Of a stretch of DNA of 64,000 nucleotides, positions 19,689 to 29,664 are shown piece by piece (the first letter of the stretch is position 1; every line of letters starts with the position of its first letter). A program made the position numbers and the translations under genes. Origin of the DNA: an uncultured Candidatus Saccharibacteria bacterium (GTDB lineage: Bacteria; Patescibacteriota; Andersenbacteria; UBA10190); NCBI GenBank assembly GCA_964610055.1, contig CAZSUC010000001.1, positions 588,977-652,976 on the forward strand, in the 5' to 3' direction. The notes under the pieces were generated by a model that saw only the letters and a program-made list of their open reading frames with translations, made no database searches and had not been told where the DNA came from.

Positions 19689-21095
19689 ATGCCTATACAT
19701 TACAAAGCCAACTGGCAATCTATTATTGCACTGATAGGAGCTACAGTAATTCTCCTTACCCTCACCCTCCAATATCCCTTCTCTGTTACTTTCCCTATAG
19801 GCGGAGATGCACCCTCATACATCACTTATACTAAAATGCTCCTTGGCGTTTTCCATAACCCCAACGATGCCTGGTACGCCCTTACTCACACCTGGTACCC
19901 ACTTGCATACTTTTACTTCGCCCCCTTCGCTTTAATTCCAATTAGCTGGCCCATGCGCTTCGTCTGGTGGGCCGCTACAGGATACGTCATTTCTGGAGCC
20001 GCTCTCGGCTGGCTAATTTACCGGATCGGGGGTTGGAAATATGCTGCCGCCAGTATCGCTCTCTGGGCACTCGTCCCGATTGCTGGCATGCGCCACTTTG
20101 AAGATGCCACCATCGCTCAACTCTGGAGCTATACCCCCTTCTTTTTATTTATTGAACGCTTTTACTCTAAAAAAACCATTGTCACCCTGATCCTACTGGT
20201 TATTACCTGCCTGAGCCACCCCATCACCGCCATCGTACTTCTCACCGGCATGTTTGCTTTTATTCCTGCTGGCATATATTCACATAAAGGATTCCAGCCC
20301 GCCGACAAACGCTTCACTATTATTATGGTTACAGCGGCATCGATCATGGCTCTCGCTGCATTGGCGGTTGTTATTAGTCGCGCTTCCGTATTTAACGTCG
20401 TTGTCGCTCTTCCTCAACCATCCGGAATATTTGATTACATGCGACCTAACTTCATTCCAATCGCTATGCTTGCTCCAATCGGGCTAATCTTCCTCCTAGA
20501 ACACTTGCGCAACAAACCTCACGCCTTACTTATGATGACCTGTATTATATTATCCAGTACATATTTTGGCCTTAACGGAATTTTCGGACACCACGTTTGG
20601 GAAGTTAGGTTCTACGCCTTCTTCGTCATGAGCCTCATTATATTAGCTTCCTTTTCCCTGCCTCATTTAGTCCACCATATATTTCCCTCTCACATTCTCG
20701 CTAGCGCATTTTTAGTTTGTTTTTTTAGCGTTATGGCCATCACTAATTGGTCCCAGGCTGCCTATGTTTATAACTTTTACGAATCGTCTAGTCGGTACGG
20801 ACGTCTGCACTCTGATGAAATTTCCGGTATCGAGTGGATGATTAACAACCTACCAAGCCACTCCAAAGTATATGTCACCAATACTACTCGACACTCGGAA
20901 TGGATCCAGGCGCTGACTGACTTCCAGGTTCAGTTCGTTGATGAGAATTCACTGACTAACGGTCTAATCCCTATCACAGAAGGCGCACAATATCATGCCT
21001 TCTTTACACATACTGAAAGTTTTCCAAAGGATCTTATCCAATACCCTATGATCTACCAGAACCAGGGGTTTAAAGTAATCCAACTCAATTCATGA
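19689..21095 (+). CDS. Polytopic membrane protein (possible GT-C glycosyltransferase or polymerase-like)
   Basis: About 10 hydrophobic helices followed by a soluble C-terminal domain. The start is taken at MPIHYK (19689) to avoid overlapping the ABC gene start. Confidence 0.5.
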   Translation: MPIHYKANWQSIIALIGATVILLTLTLQYPFSVTFPIGGDAPSYITYTKMLLGVFHNPNDAWYALTHTWYPLAYFYFAPFALIPISWPMRFVWWAATGYVISGAALGWLIYRIGGWKYAAASIALWALVPIAGMRHFEDATIAQLWSYTPFFLFIERFYSKKTIVTLILLVITCLSHPITAIVLLTGMFAFIPAGIYSHKGFQPADKRFTIIMVTAASIMALAALAVVISRASVFNVVVALPQPSGIFDYMRPNFIPIAMLAPIGLIFLLEHLRNKPHALLMMTCIILSSTYFGLNGIFGHHVWEVRFYAFFVMSLIILASFSLPHLVHHIFPSHILASAFLVCFFSVMAITNWSQAAYVYNFYESSSRYGRLHSDEISGIEWMINNLPSHSKVYVTNTTRHSEWIQALTDFQVQFVDENSLTNGLIPITEGAQYHAFFTHTESFPKDLIQYPMIYQNQGFKVIQLNS

Positions 21096-21406
21096 TTATC
21101 AGTCACAAAACATCCAGCTGGATTATTATGGTTAGCTTGCTTATCTACTTTTTTGCAGACCACCACATCGTTTTTTACATTTGGCTCACCGGAACAACAA
21201 TCCTTTTATTAACCTCTATCCCTGTCCGTACTTTTCTGCTGTTTACTGTCCTCGCATTTTTTGCTATTGCCGCCTTAAACATCTCCATCCCATGGCCAAA
21301 CGCCTGGCCGGATCTCATTAAATTATCTGCTTCAGCTCTTACTTGGGTAGCTATTACTACTACCACTTCCGCCTGTATCCTTTCATACCACCGAAGTGCG
21401 CCTTAA
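21092..21406 (+). CDS. Small hydrophobic membrane protein (hypothetical)
   Basis: 104-aa ORF with 3 predicted transmembrane helices. ATGA start overlap with the upstream gene. The 3' end overlaps a convergent ORF. Confidence 0.35.
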   Translation: MIISHKTSSWIIMVSLLIYFFADHHIVFYIWLTGTTILLLTSIPVRTFLLFTVLAFFAIAALNISIPWPNAWPDLIKLSASALTWVAITTTTSACILSYHRSAP

Positions 21407-22093
21407 AATTTTCCGAAAGAAATAAATCAAGTCATCTAACACAACACCGGGAAAAGCAATTATAAACCAAACCCCCAACAATCCCATCAAGGCATCCCTT
21501 ATTCCTAATAGTGGTGCTTCTTTATATCCTGACCACATTTTTTCCCATAACATACTCCTACCTACCAACTTCATCTCCACATCACCCTCCTTGTTATTCT
21601 CCGCAATCCAATAATGTCCGTCAGGATAATTGGGGTCAGCTTTTTCCACAAACACCCGCGGCGCCCGCGCCTGGTTTTCATGTGCAATCTTAGAACCGTT
21701 AAATACCACTTCTAAATCCCCGTCCAGCCAAACCGCAGGATTAATCTCAAATACTTCCTCCCAAGTCCGCCCCGCTTCACCTTGCCGCCGCCAACGCTGT
21801 ACTAATTTCCCGTTCCGACGCAAATCAATCTGCAACTCTTCAGTTTCTTCCGGCCAATAGATTGGCACAACTATTTTTGTCGCTTCAAACGGCTCTTCCA
21901 CCCTTAAAGTCTGAGTAACTATAAATTGCGCAAAAACAGGCATACCATTTTCTGGCACATCATGAGCAGCTAAAATCCGAATAGCTGCAAACTCTTGATA
22001 TTGACCCAACCAATTCCATCCCCACCACCCAAACACCAACAATAATATTCCGCTCGCACTCATTCGAACTATTTTGATCCAGCTTTGCGACAT
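21383..22093 (-). CDS. Membrane-anchored hypothetical protein
   Basis: N-terminal TM (ASGILLLVFGWWGW) and C-terminal TM. It is in the same reading frame as the upstream ORF, separated only by TGA plus 3 codons. Confidence 0.45.
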   Translation of the reverse strand: MSQSWIKIVRMSASGILLLVFGWWGWNWLGQYQEFAAIRILAAHDVPENGMPVFAQFIVTQTLRVEEPFEATKIVVPIYWPEETEELQIDLRRNGKLVQRWRRQGEAGRTWEEVFEINPAVWLDGDLEVVFNGSKIAHENQARAPRVFVEKADPNYPDGHYWIAENNKEGDVEMKLVGRSMLWEKMWSGYKEAPLLGIRDALMGLLGVWFIIAFPGVVLDDLIYFFRKILRRTSVV

Positions 22094-22102
22094 AAAACTG
22101 AC

Positions 22103-23503
22103 TCAAACGTTCTTCCGCCGCCGCAAACCGATCGCCAACCACGCCCACGGCATCAACCAAACAAAATACTGATGCAATAAAGTAGGGAAAAACCCGATCA
22201 ATATCGTAAAGATTGCCAGCCCGGCTTCATATATATTTATCTTCCGCCACCAAAGCGCTGCGTACACGAGCGCCATCATTCCTCCCACCACCACCATCTT
22301 CCCCACGCTCCCGAAGTCCAACACAACCGGTAATGCCGGCAAATCATAATCCATCCGCGCCTCCCGCGTCACTGAATATGTCAGCCCCTTCACTACCGCC
22401 GCCGGATTATCCCAGACAAACGGCAAAATACTTACAACCGGTATAGCACTAACCAGCACCGCTGCTAACAACGTGATTTTCACTTTTTTCCCCGGCCGTG
22501 TCCGCTGCCAAACACTAATCAAAAATACCGGCACAAACACCACTGCCACCTGCTTCACCGAAAGCGATACTCCTAAAATCAACGCTGCCCATAACGCATG
22601 CTGCTCGACCAACGTCACTGCCCCTATCAAAGACACAACACCTAAGAAATCCGTATGCGCTATTCGTGCCACATACAAAGACCAGCGGTTAAACAGCCAA
22701 AATAAAGCGGCCAGAACGCCCAAAACCGGCTGCTTCCGCCGCCAAAGCCAAGCCCCTAATAATCCGGCTCCCCCAAACCAAACTATCGTCACAATTACCC
22801 GCCAGACTTCAATCCAGTCTTCATATTCAGTTAAGCCTAGCTGCTGCATTCCGGCCGACATCCAATACACCAAAGGAAAATGAGCCGGATAACCAATACA
22901 AGTATTGTCTAAAGCACATTTATACGGATTTTCTCCTGATTTAATTTGCCCACCCCGTTGCCAATAATATCCAATATCATCTCCCGCCGTATCATGACTC
23001 CAAAAAGAATTTAGAACTGCTGCCAACGCTCCCATTCTCGTCTGAAACACTATGGCTATATTAACGTCCTCATTATCTTCAGCCATATCTTGATTTCCAG
23101 GCTTCCATTTCACCTCATTCCCGTAATTTACAAACCTCAACCTCGCGATTGATGTAGTTTTTGCCTTAATTTTTGCAAATTCAAACACCCATTTCACCTC
23201 TGCCTTTTTACCAATATCTCTTTTTCCACTTACCTCTCGAATCACATTTCCTTGTTCGTCCTGAACTTGCATTATTATTTCACCCGGATTAAGCGCTTTT
23301 TGTTCCTGTGTAATAATTTCCGAAAGTCCGCTCATTGGTACCTGAATTACTTGCTCTAGCTGTTCGTTCGTCTCTAGCACCACAGGATCGATTTCGCCTT
23401 CCTGAGGCTCAATCACACGCACCGGAACTGTAACTGGCCATATTGCCAATATAGTTAGCAACAATACCACTATTCCTAATTGTATATATAAAAACTTTTT
23501 CAT
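22103..23503 (-). CDS. Polytopic membrane protein with an N-terminal extracytoplasmic domain (GT-C/DUF2029-like?)
   Basis: Signal-anchor, a soluble domain of about 200 aa, then about 9 TM helices. Ends ...GLRRRKNV* with TGA. Confidence 0.5.
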   Translation of the reverse strand: MKKFLYIQLGIVVLLLTILAIWPVTVPVRVIEPQEGEIDPVVLETNEQLEQVIQVPMSGLSEIITQEQKALNPGEIIMQVQDEQGNVIREVSGKRDIGKKAEVKWVFEFAKIKAKTTSIARLRFVNYGNEVKWKPGNQDMAEDNEDVNIAIVFQTRMGALAAVLNSFWSHDTAGDDIGYYWQRGGQIKSGENPYKCALDNTCIGYPAHFPLVYWMSAGMQQLGLTEYEDWIEVWRVIVTIVWFGGAGLLGAWLWRRKQPVLGVLAALFWLFNRWSLYVARIAHTDFLGVVSLIGAVTLVEQHALWAALILGVSLSVKQVAVVFVPVFLISVWQRTRPGKKVKITLLAAVLVSAIPVVSILPFVWDNPAAVVKGLTYSVTREARMDYDLPALPVVLDFGSVGKMVVVGGMMALVYAALWWRKINIYEAGLAIFTILIGFFPTLLHQYFVWLMPWAWLAIGLRRRKNV

Positions 23504-23568
23504 TATCTCACGTATTTATAGCATACCGCATTGCCAGGCTCCCCCTCCAGCGATTACCCTTATACTTA

Positions 23569-26346
23569 ATGTTACAACGACTCTGGCAAACAGAACGCTC
23601 CGGAATTATATGGATCGGACTTACTTGGTTTTTTTTCTTCGTCCGTATTCTCAGTGGTACTCATGTTTATTTTCTCGATGACCTCAAATTATTTTATTAC
23701 CCCATTGAAACCATCTACGCTGAGTTTCAACATTCTGGCCACCTACCTCTTTGGAGTAACGTTTTTGGTTTCGGACACCCCTTACTTGCCTGGGGACAAC
23801 TTGGCTTCTTCACTCCCTTACATTTTCTGCTTCGCGCACTTTATATCCCCGCCCTGAATCTTCTTCAAATTTCACTGGTCACTTATTTTGCCATTGGTCT
23901 CTCGGGACTATACACCTTTCTCCGCCAGTGTCGCCTCTCACCGCTTGCCTCAGCTTTTGGTAGTATCGTCTTTATCTTTGCCGGATTCAATATTGGTCAC
24001 TTAAATCATGTGAATTTTTACGTTGGCACCATGGTTCTACCATGGCTCTTAGTTGCCATTCTACGTTTCACTAAACAACCCTCTTTGCGTTTATCAAGCA
24101 TTGTTGCTTTACTTGGCGCCACTATCGCTGTCAGTGCTCAGCCCCAAATCGTGGCTTATTGTTTTGTTATCGCTGGCATTACAGCCATCATTTTTTTCGT
24201 TCATCATTTTTTTTCTCTGACACGCTCACATCGTCTCCATTATCTTATTCATTTTCTCGTTTTGGGCATTATTGCCACTATCCTAGCCTTGGGTATTTCT
24301 TCAATTACCCTGCTTCCTCTTTTTGAGTTCTTACCATATACAGAACGTAGCGCCGGACTCAGCACCACTGAGCTTCTCGACTTCAGCTTTCCTCCCTACC
24401 ATTTTATTACTTTCCTTGCTCCTTATTTCTTCGGAGACCATGCCAATTATTGGGGCCCTAAAGGCTTTCAAGAACTTGCTGCCTATACTGGCATGATTCC
24501 GCTTTTACTTGCTGCTAGTTCGCTTTTCTCTTGGCGCACGCATCGCCCTCTTCGTATCCTTGGTCTCGCTTTAATCTGCTTTAGTCTCCCGTTACTCCTC
24601 GGTTCATATTCCCCGTTATATCGTTACCTTGTCTCACATGAGATTATTTCTGCCCTTTCTATTCCTGGACGATTCGTTTTACTTCTTGATTTTGGTCTCG
24701 CTCTTCTGGCTGCCATCGGTTTATCTGATTTCTTAAACCAAAAACTAAAACTATCACGTTATTTTGGGGCCATTCTCATTACCATTGCCATTTTTCTGCC
24801 TTTTGCCTATACCGCCACACTTACCCCTCAAATTCGCCTCCGTCTTTATCAGCTAATCAGTCAACTCAACTGGTCTTTTCTCCTAGCTGGTCTCGGATTT
24901 ATTGCCACTCTCTGGGCTTGGCTCTGGCCATTTCGACTCCAACGTCGTCATTATGCTAGCATCCTTCTAGGTATCACAGCTTTTACTCTTATTGCTTACG
25001 GCTGGAGTTATAATCCCATTACTTCACGCGCTCAAGTTCAATCTACCTCTCCTTTACTAACTAACACTACTCTCATTACTCCCGCTCGAATTTTCAGTCA
25101 GCACCAGCTTCTCATTTCTCAAGCTGCCACTAAATTGCATACTACTGAGGATCTTTCACCTTCTTTCTCAATCAAACAACCAATCTTCACCTGGCCAGAG
25201 TCTGGTTGTTTTTCCATTGCCATGCACGCGAAACCAGAAATTAACTCTCACATTACCGTCACTATATCCAGTGATCTTGATAGTCGTGAAATCCTCGCCT
25301 CTCAATCAATTGCCAGTAGTCTTATCACTTCAAACGACAATCAAATTATCTGTTTTCCTTCTTTTACTCCGACAGCCGATCAAAACCTCATCTTGTCTTT
25401 CACGAGCTTAACTGATTCTGGCGTTAATCTATATTACCAATCCGAACCAGCCACCAGCTCAACATATCTAATCAGAGTTGCGAACCCAACTCTCAGTCAG
25501 CTTCAAGCATCAGCAAAACCAGGTCAAATTATGTATCAAACATACGATTTTGACGACACCGAATCGATCACTTTAAATCGTCATCTTAACGCCGCTGCTG
25601 GTTTAAGTAGTGCAAATTGGATTGGATCGCTCTCAATTCTATCGTATCGAGAATTTGTTGATACTTTCTTCGGTAATGATCAGGAAAACGTCGATGGTGA
25701 CGGTCATCATGTTTTAGCAAAAAATCGTCATATTTTTAACATGGCTAGCGTCAATTATTTTGCTCAAATCTTGAATCCCAACACTCAGGATATTATGCCA
25801 TCAGCTGATTTCTCAGAAGAATCTGTGTATCAATTCGGCGACAAAACCGCTAAGCTTTACTTTAACCCCGAAGCTTTTCCTAAAGCCTATTTAGTACGCA
25901 ATGCCGAATATGTACCCCCTGCCGACGAAGCTCGCACAATTATGCTTGATCCCGAATTCAACCCTTCTCAACTTGTTCTTATTAGCGGAACAAGCGAACC
26001 TAAACATTTACCTGCGTATAGCTCCGACCCAATCAATGGCACAGTTAATACAACCGTTTACGAGCCAACTCGTATTGACATTGACGTCACTACTGATACC
26101 GAAGCTTGGCTTGTAGTCACTGATGCTAGTATCCCTTTATGGCAAACTTATATTGATGGCGAACTTGCCCCATACTATGTTGCTAACACCGTGTTCAAAA
26201 CTGCTCGTGTTCCTGCCGGAAATCACACCGTCAGCTTTCGCTATATATCGCCAGCTACTCAATTAGCTTCCAAACTATGTCTTTCTGCTTTAGCTATTAG
26301 TATATTGATATTAATTATTCCTTTTAAGCGCCTTTCTCATAAATGA
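23569..26346 (+). CDS. YfhO-family membrane glycosyltransferase-like protein
   Basis: 925 aa, multi-TM N-terminal half with YfhO-type loop motifs (PLWSNVFGFGHPLLA) and a large extracytoplasmic C-terminal region. Confidence 0.7.
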   Translation: MLQRLWQTERSGIIWIGLTWFFFFVRILSGTHVYFLDDLKLFYYPIETIYAEFQHSGHLPLWSNVFGFGHPLLAWGQLGFFTPLHFLLRALYIPALNLLQISLVTYFAIGLSGLYTFLRQCRLSPLASAFGSIVFIFAGFNIGHLNHVNFYVGTMVLPWLLVAILRFTKQPSLRLSSIVALLGATIAVSAQPQIVAYCFVIAGITAIIFFVHHFFSLTRSHRLHYLIHFLVLGIIATILALGISSITLLPLFEFLPYTERSAGLSTTELLDFSFPPYHFITFLAPYFFGDHANYWGPKGFQELAAYTGMIPLLLAASSLFSWRTHRPLRILGLALICFSLPLLLGSYSPLYRYLVSHEIISALSIPGRFVLLLDFGLALLAAIGLSDFLNQKLKLSRYFGAILITIAIFLPFAYTATLTPQIRLRLYQLISQLNWSFLLAGLGFIATLWAWLWPFRLQRRHYASILLGITAFTLIAYGWSYNPITSRAQVQSTSPLLTNTTLITPARIFSQHQLLISQAATKLHTTEDLSPSFSIKQPIFTWPESGCFSIAMHAKPEINSHITVTISSDLDSREILASQSIASSLITSNDNQIICFPSFTPTADQNLILSFTSLTDSGVNLYYQSEPATSSTYLIRVANPTLSQLQASAKPGQIMYQTYDFDDTESITLNRHLNAAAGLSSANWIGSLSILSYREFVDTFFGNDQENVDGDGHHVLAKNRHIFNMASVNYFAQILNPNTQDIMPSADFSEESVYQFGDKTAKLYFNPEAFPKAYLVRNAEYVPPADEARTIMLDPEFNPSQLVLISGTSEPKHLPAYSSDPINGTVNTTVYEPTRIDIDVTTDTEAWLVVTDASIPLWQTYIDGELAPYYVANTVFKTARVPAGNHTVSFRYISPATQLASKLCLSALAISILILIIPFKRLSHK

Positions 26347-28313
26347 AAATTTCACTCGTCTTTGTTTCTCTTTGGGGGCTTATTTCACTTTGTCTTTCAC
26401 TTGGCTTATTTTATCTCGCTAATCAAGCTCCTAATACTCTTAAGGCCTTACCTGTAATTGACGCACCTACCTGGCTAACTTATGGTCTCTGGCAAGGACT
26501 TCTGGTCGGATCCGCTTTCTTATGTACCGTTTTGCTGATTAATCGTTTACCCCGCCATCGTTGGTTAGCTGCCAGTATCGCACTCGTCATTTTTACTCCT
26601 CTAGCCATTGGTGGTTTTTGGTTTTCTACCTCCAATCTTGGCATTTCTGACTGGGATTATTATTTTTCTTATCACGAAGTTTTACGTCAAGGTATTCTCG
26701 TTCATCACACTTTTCCTTTTTGGAATCCATATATTTGCGGCGGTACCGCCGGCTTAGGCGATCCCGAATTTCCTGTCTTTACTCCTACATTCTTGTTAGA
26801 GCTCATCTTTGGTATTCCAATCGGATTTCGTCTCGCTATTATGTTTTCAACTGCCATGACCGCTCTTGGCATGCTTATGCTAGGTAAGCGCTTAAAACTT
26901 TCAGTTAATGCTTCTCTACTTGCTGCTTTAGTTGTTGCTTTTGGCAGCGTTAACTTACTAGAAATTGTTGAAGGCCATCCTAACATTTTTTCGGCCATGT
27001 GGGTACCATGGATATTTTGGGCCTGGCTTGCGGAGTATAAATCTTTTCGTCTTAAACACTCCATCCTAACCGGCACCTTCTTAGCTCTCACTTTCTTCCA
27101 GGGCGGAATTTATATGCTGATGTACGTCACAATTACTCTGGGTCTCTTAATTATCTTCCTTCCAAAACATAAACGCTCATTTCTTATTACCGCTACTGCT
27201 GGTTTATGGGCTCTGGGCTTCGCTGCCATTAAACTTATCCCTGTCTTATTTTGGTTAAACCAATTTCAAGACCAAGTATATGCCAGCTCAGCTAACACAT
27301 TATTATCTTTACATAAAATTCTTCTCGGCCGTTTTCTTCATGGAGAAACTAATGCCAATCTCATTTCAAGCCAAGGTAGTGGATGGCATGAATATGGCGC
27401 TTATATTGGCCCGATCGCCTTCGCCCTCGCCTTTGTTCGTCTCTCTCGTCTAAAAACACACCGTCTCACTCAACTTTTAATTGCTTTTGCTTTAATTTTC
27501 CTTCTCTTCTCAGCTTTAGGACCAACTCTAAAGCCCTTCTTCAATCAAGTCTCTTATTTCCCTCGCTCTAATATCTCCCGCATTATCCTATTTGCAGTTT
27601 TACCTTTAGCCTTATTAGCCGGACAAGGTCTAGATCAATTTTCCAAACGCTTTAAATATCTTGGCGCCGCTATCGTCGGGTTAGCCGCTATTGATCTCTT
27701 TTCTCTGGCTTACCCGTTATCATTACAAGCTTTTACTCTCGTGCCTGCTGTACCCACTCCAGAAACCGCTGCTTATCCCTTAGAACGCACTGTCGGCACT
27801 TTCATGGTTCGTTCTAACGGAGTTGACTACACTCGTGCTTACACTGCTATCAAATCTGGCTATGGCACCGAAACCTATTGCTCAGTTCTTACTCCAACTA
27901 ATTCTACTACCGCTATAGAAGAAGGCGAATCAGATCAAGACCGCGCCTACGTCACCTTATCAAATTCAAATGACGGTACAACCCAGCTACTTGATTGGAA
28001 CTATAACCGAGTAGCAGTCAGTGTTAATTCCTCACAACCGACTCAAGTGATCCTTAACAGTAATTATGCCTCTGGTTGGCTCACTAACGGTAAACCAGCC
28101 AAAGAAATTAACAATCGCCTAGGCGCATCTATTCCCAAAGGACACAGTGAAATCATTTTTACTTACCGTTCACCTGGGTTTATAGCCGGCTTAGTTGTTA
28201 CTTTACTTTCGTTAATAGCAGCCCTTACAAGCTATATCTTCTCCACCACAAAATATTTCAACTCTGGACACGCTTCTATCCCTGATAAAGACTCCGTTTT
28301 ACCATCACGATAA
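26343..28313 (+). CDS. YfhO-like polytopic membrane protein
   Basis: FPFWNPYICGGTAGLGDPEFP matches the YfhO-type W-N-P-Y-I-x-GG loop. 656 aa. ATGA start overlap with the upstream gene. Confidence 0.6.
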   Translation: MKISLVFVSLWGLISLCLSLGLFYLANQAPNTLKALPVIDAPTWLTYGLWQGLLVGSAFLCTVLLINRLPRHRWLAASIALVIFTPLAIGGFWFSTSNLGISDWDYYFSYHEVLRQGILVHHTFPFWNPYICGGTAGLGDPEFPVFTPTFLLELIFGIPIGFRLAIMFSTAMTALGMLMLGKRLKLSVNASLLAALVVAFGSVNLLEIVEGHPNIFSAMWVPWIFWAWLAEYKSFRLKHSILTGTFLALTFFQGGIYMLMYVTITLGLLIIFLPKHKRSFLITATAGLWALGFAAIKLIPVLFWLNQFQDQVYASSANTLLSLHKILLGRFLHGETNANLISSQGSGWHEYGAYIGPIAFALAFVRLSRLKTHRLTQLLIAFALIFLLFSALGPTLKPFFNQVSYFPRSNISRIILFAVLPLALLAGQGLDQFSKRFKYLGAAIVGLAAIDLFSLAYPLSLQAFTLVPAVPTPETAAYPLERTVGTFMVRSNGVDYTRAYTAIKSGYGTETYCSVLTPTNSTTAIEEGESDQDRAYVTLSNSNDGTTQLLDWNYNRVAVSVNSSQPTQVILNSNYASGWLTNGKPAKEINNRLGASIPKGHSEIIFTYRSPGFIAGLVVTLLSLIAALTSYIFSTTKYFNSGHASIPDKDSVLPSR

Positions 28314-29662
28314 TAAATTCTATATTCTGCTTCGCTTAAATCTTCTTCGCCTACTATCTTAATCGCGCTATTTCCATGGCTTAAATACAAAAGCCGATCA
28401 TAAATATGCACATTTTCCGTACCGATCGCACCCAGCCCCGACACACATTGAATTAAAGGTTGTACATCAACTAAATCAGCCGCACTATTTGTCCTATTTC
28501 CTAATGAAAAATCATTTAAACTCCCTCCTGTTTTCAGGAATGGCCATATCACTAAACCTAAAAACACCACCGCTCCCGCACCACTGACAGTTATTGTTCC
28601 TAATTGAATCCAACGCACACTATATCTCTTTAAAAACTTTCCGTACCCAATGCCGGACAATACCCATATTCCCAAACTTACTAAAACAAAATAACGCAAT
28701 GTAAACCGATCAATCATATACAGTAAAGCGCTTAAATGTATCACTAACCCAATCAGCCACGCCCCAGCCTGCACTCGTTTTCGCGGCAATACAATAGCTA
28801 AAATTACTCCCACACATAATAATCCTAAAATAGTTATTTGCACTCCGCCCGGAAATTCCTGCCCCGTATAACGCGCTATAAACGATGACCCGCTCACAGC
28901 CACGCGCAAAATACCGGGTAAATCATGCCAACGCTGACCCATTAAATCGGCCACAGCCGTCGGATCACCTTGGTCATCCGTAAACAACTGCAACATAATC
29001 ATCTGTGTCCCAAAGGCAGCCCAAAAACCCACCGCTGCCGGCCACCATTCCCACCATGTCCGTAAAATTCGCCGAATCATATGTTTATTACCTTTTCTCT
29101 GTACTGCCTCAACCGTTTCTTTGATTAACCACACTAGTGCAATCGCTAATACCGTCGGCGCAAATAAAATATGCGTATGCATCCCTAAACCAGCCACCAC
29201 CCCCGCTAACAAATGCTTATAACGCCATTTCTTTTCTAACACCCACAATAACAAAAATGACCAGAAGGGAATTAAAGTAATCCCCCAACCAATTCGTTGA
29301 TAAGTTAAATAAATAGGCGAAAATCCCATCATCACTGCTCCTATTAAACCAACTGATCGCCCGAATGTTTTTTCCAACACAGCAATCGCCAATAAATAGG
29401 TTATTATCGACACTATCAGCATCGGCACCCGTAACGCCAAGGCTGTATATCCAAACACTTTAATAAAAGGCACACGCACGTAATCCATTAAAGGCCCAAT
29501 ATATGACCTTTCTCCTTTGAAGACCAACTCTTCTGCTTGAGTCAGCTCCCATGCATTTTCTCCCTCCGACCCCTCATCTCCCATTAACCCCGGCACACTT
29601 CCCAGCCAGGCCATATTAATCACTATAAACAGTCCTAATAAACCTAATTTCACTTTATCCAT
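28232..29662 (-). CDS. GT-C glycosyltransferase, ArnT/PMT (GT39/GT83)-like
   Basis: N-terminal TM followed by a DE-containing first loop (LMGDEGSEGENAW) and about 11 TM helices typical of polyprenyl-P-sugar dependent transferases. Confidence 0.6.
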   Translation of the reverse strand: MDKVKLGLLGLFIVINMAWLGSVPGLMGDEGSEGENAWELTQAEELVFKGERSYIGPLMDYVRVPFIKVFGYTALALRVPMLIVSIITYLLAIAVLEKTFGRSVGLIGAVMMGFSPIYLTYQRIGWGITLIPFWSFLLLWVLEKKWRYKHLLAGVVAGLGMHTHILFAPTVLAIALVWLIKETVEAVQRKGNKHMIRRILRTWWEWWPAAVGFWAAFGTQMIMLQLFTDDQGDPTAVADLMGQRWHDLPGILRVAVSGSSFIARYTGQEFPGGVQITILGLLCVGVILAIVLPRKRVQAGAWLIGLVIHLSALLYMIDRFTLRYFVLVSLGIWVLSGIGYGKFLKRYSVRWIQLGTITVSGAGAVVFLGLVIWPFLKTGGSLNDFSLGNRTNSAADLVDVQPLIQCVSGLGAIGTENVHIYDRLLYLSHGNSAIKIVGEEDLSEAEYRIYYRDGKTESLSGIEACPELKYFVVEKI

Positions 29663-29664
29663 AG

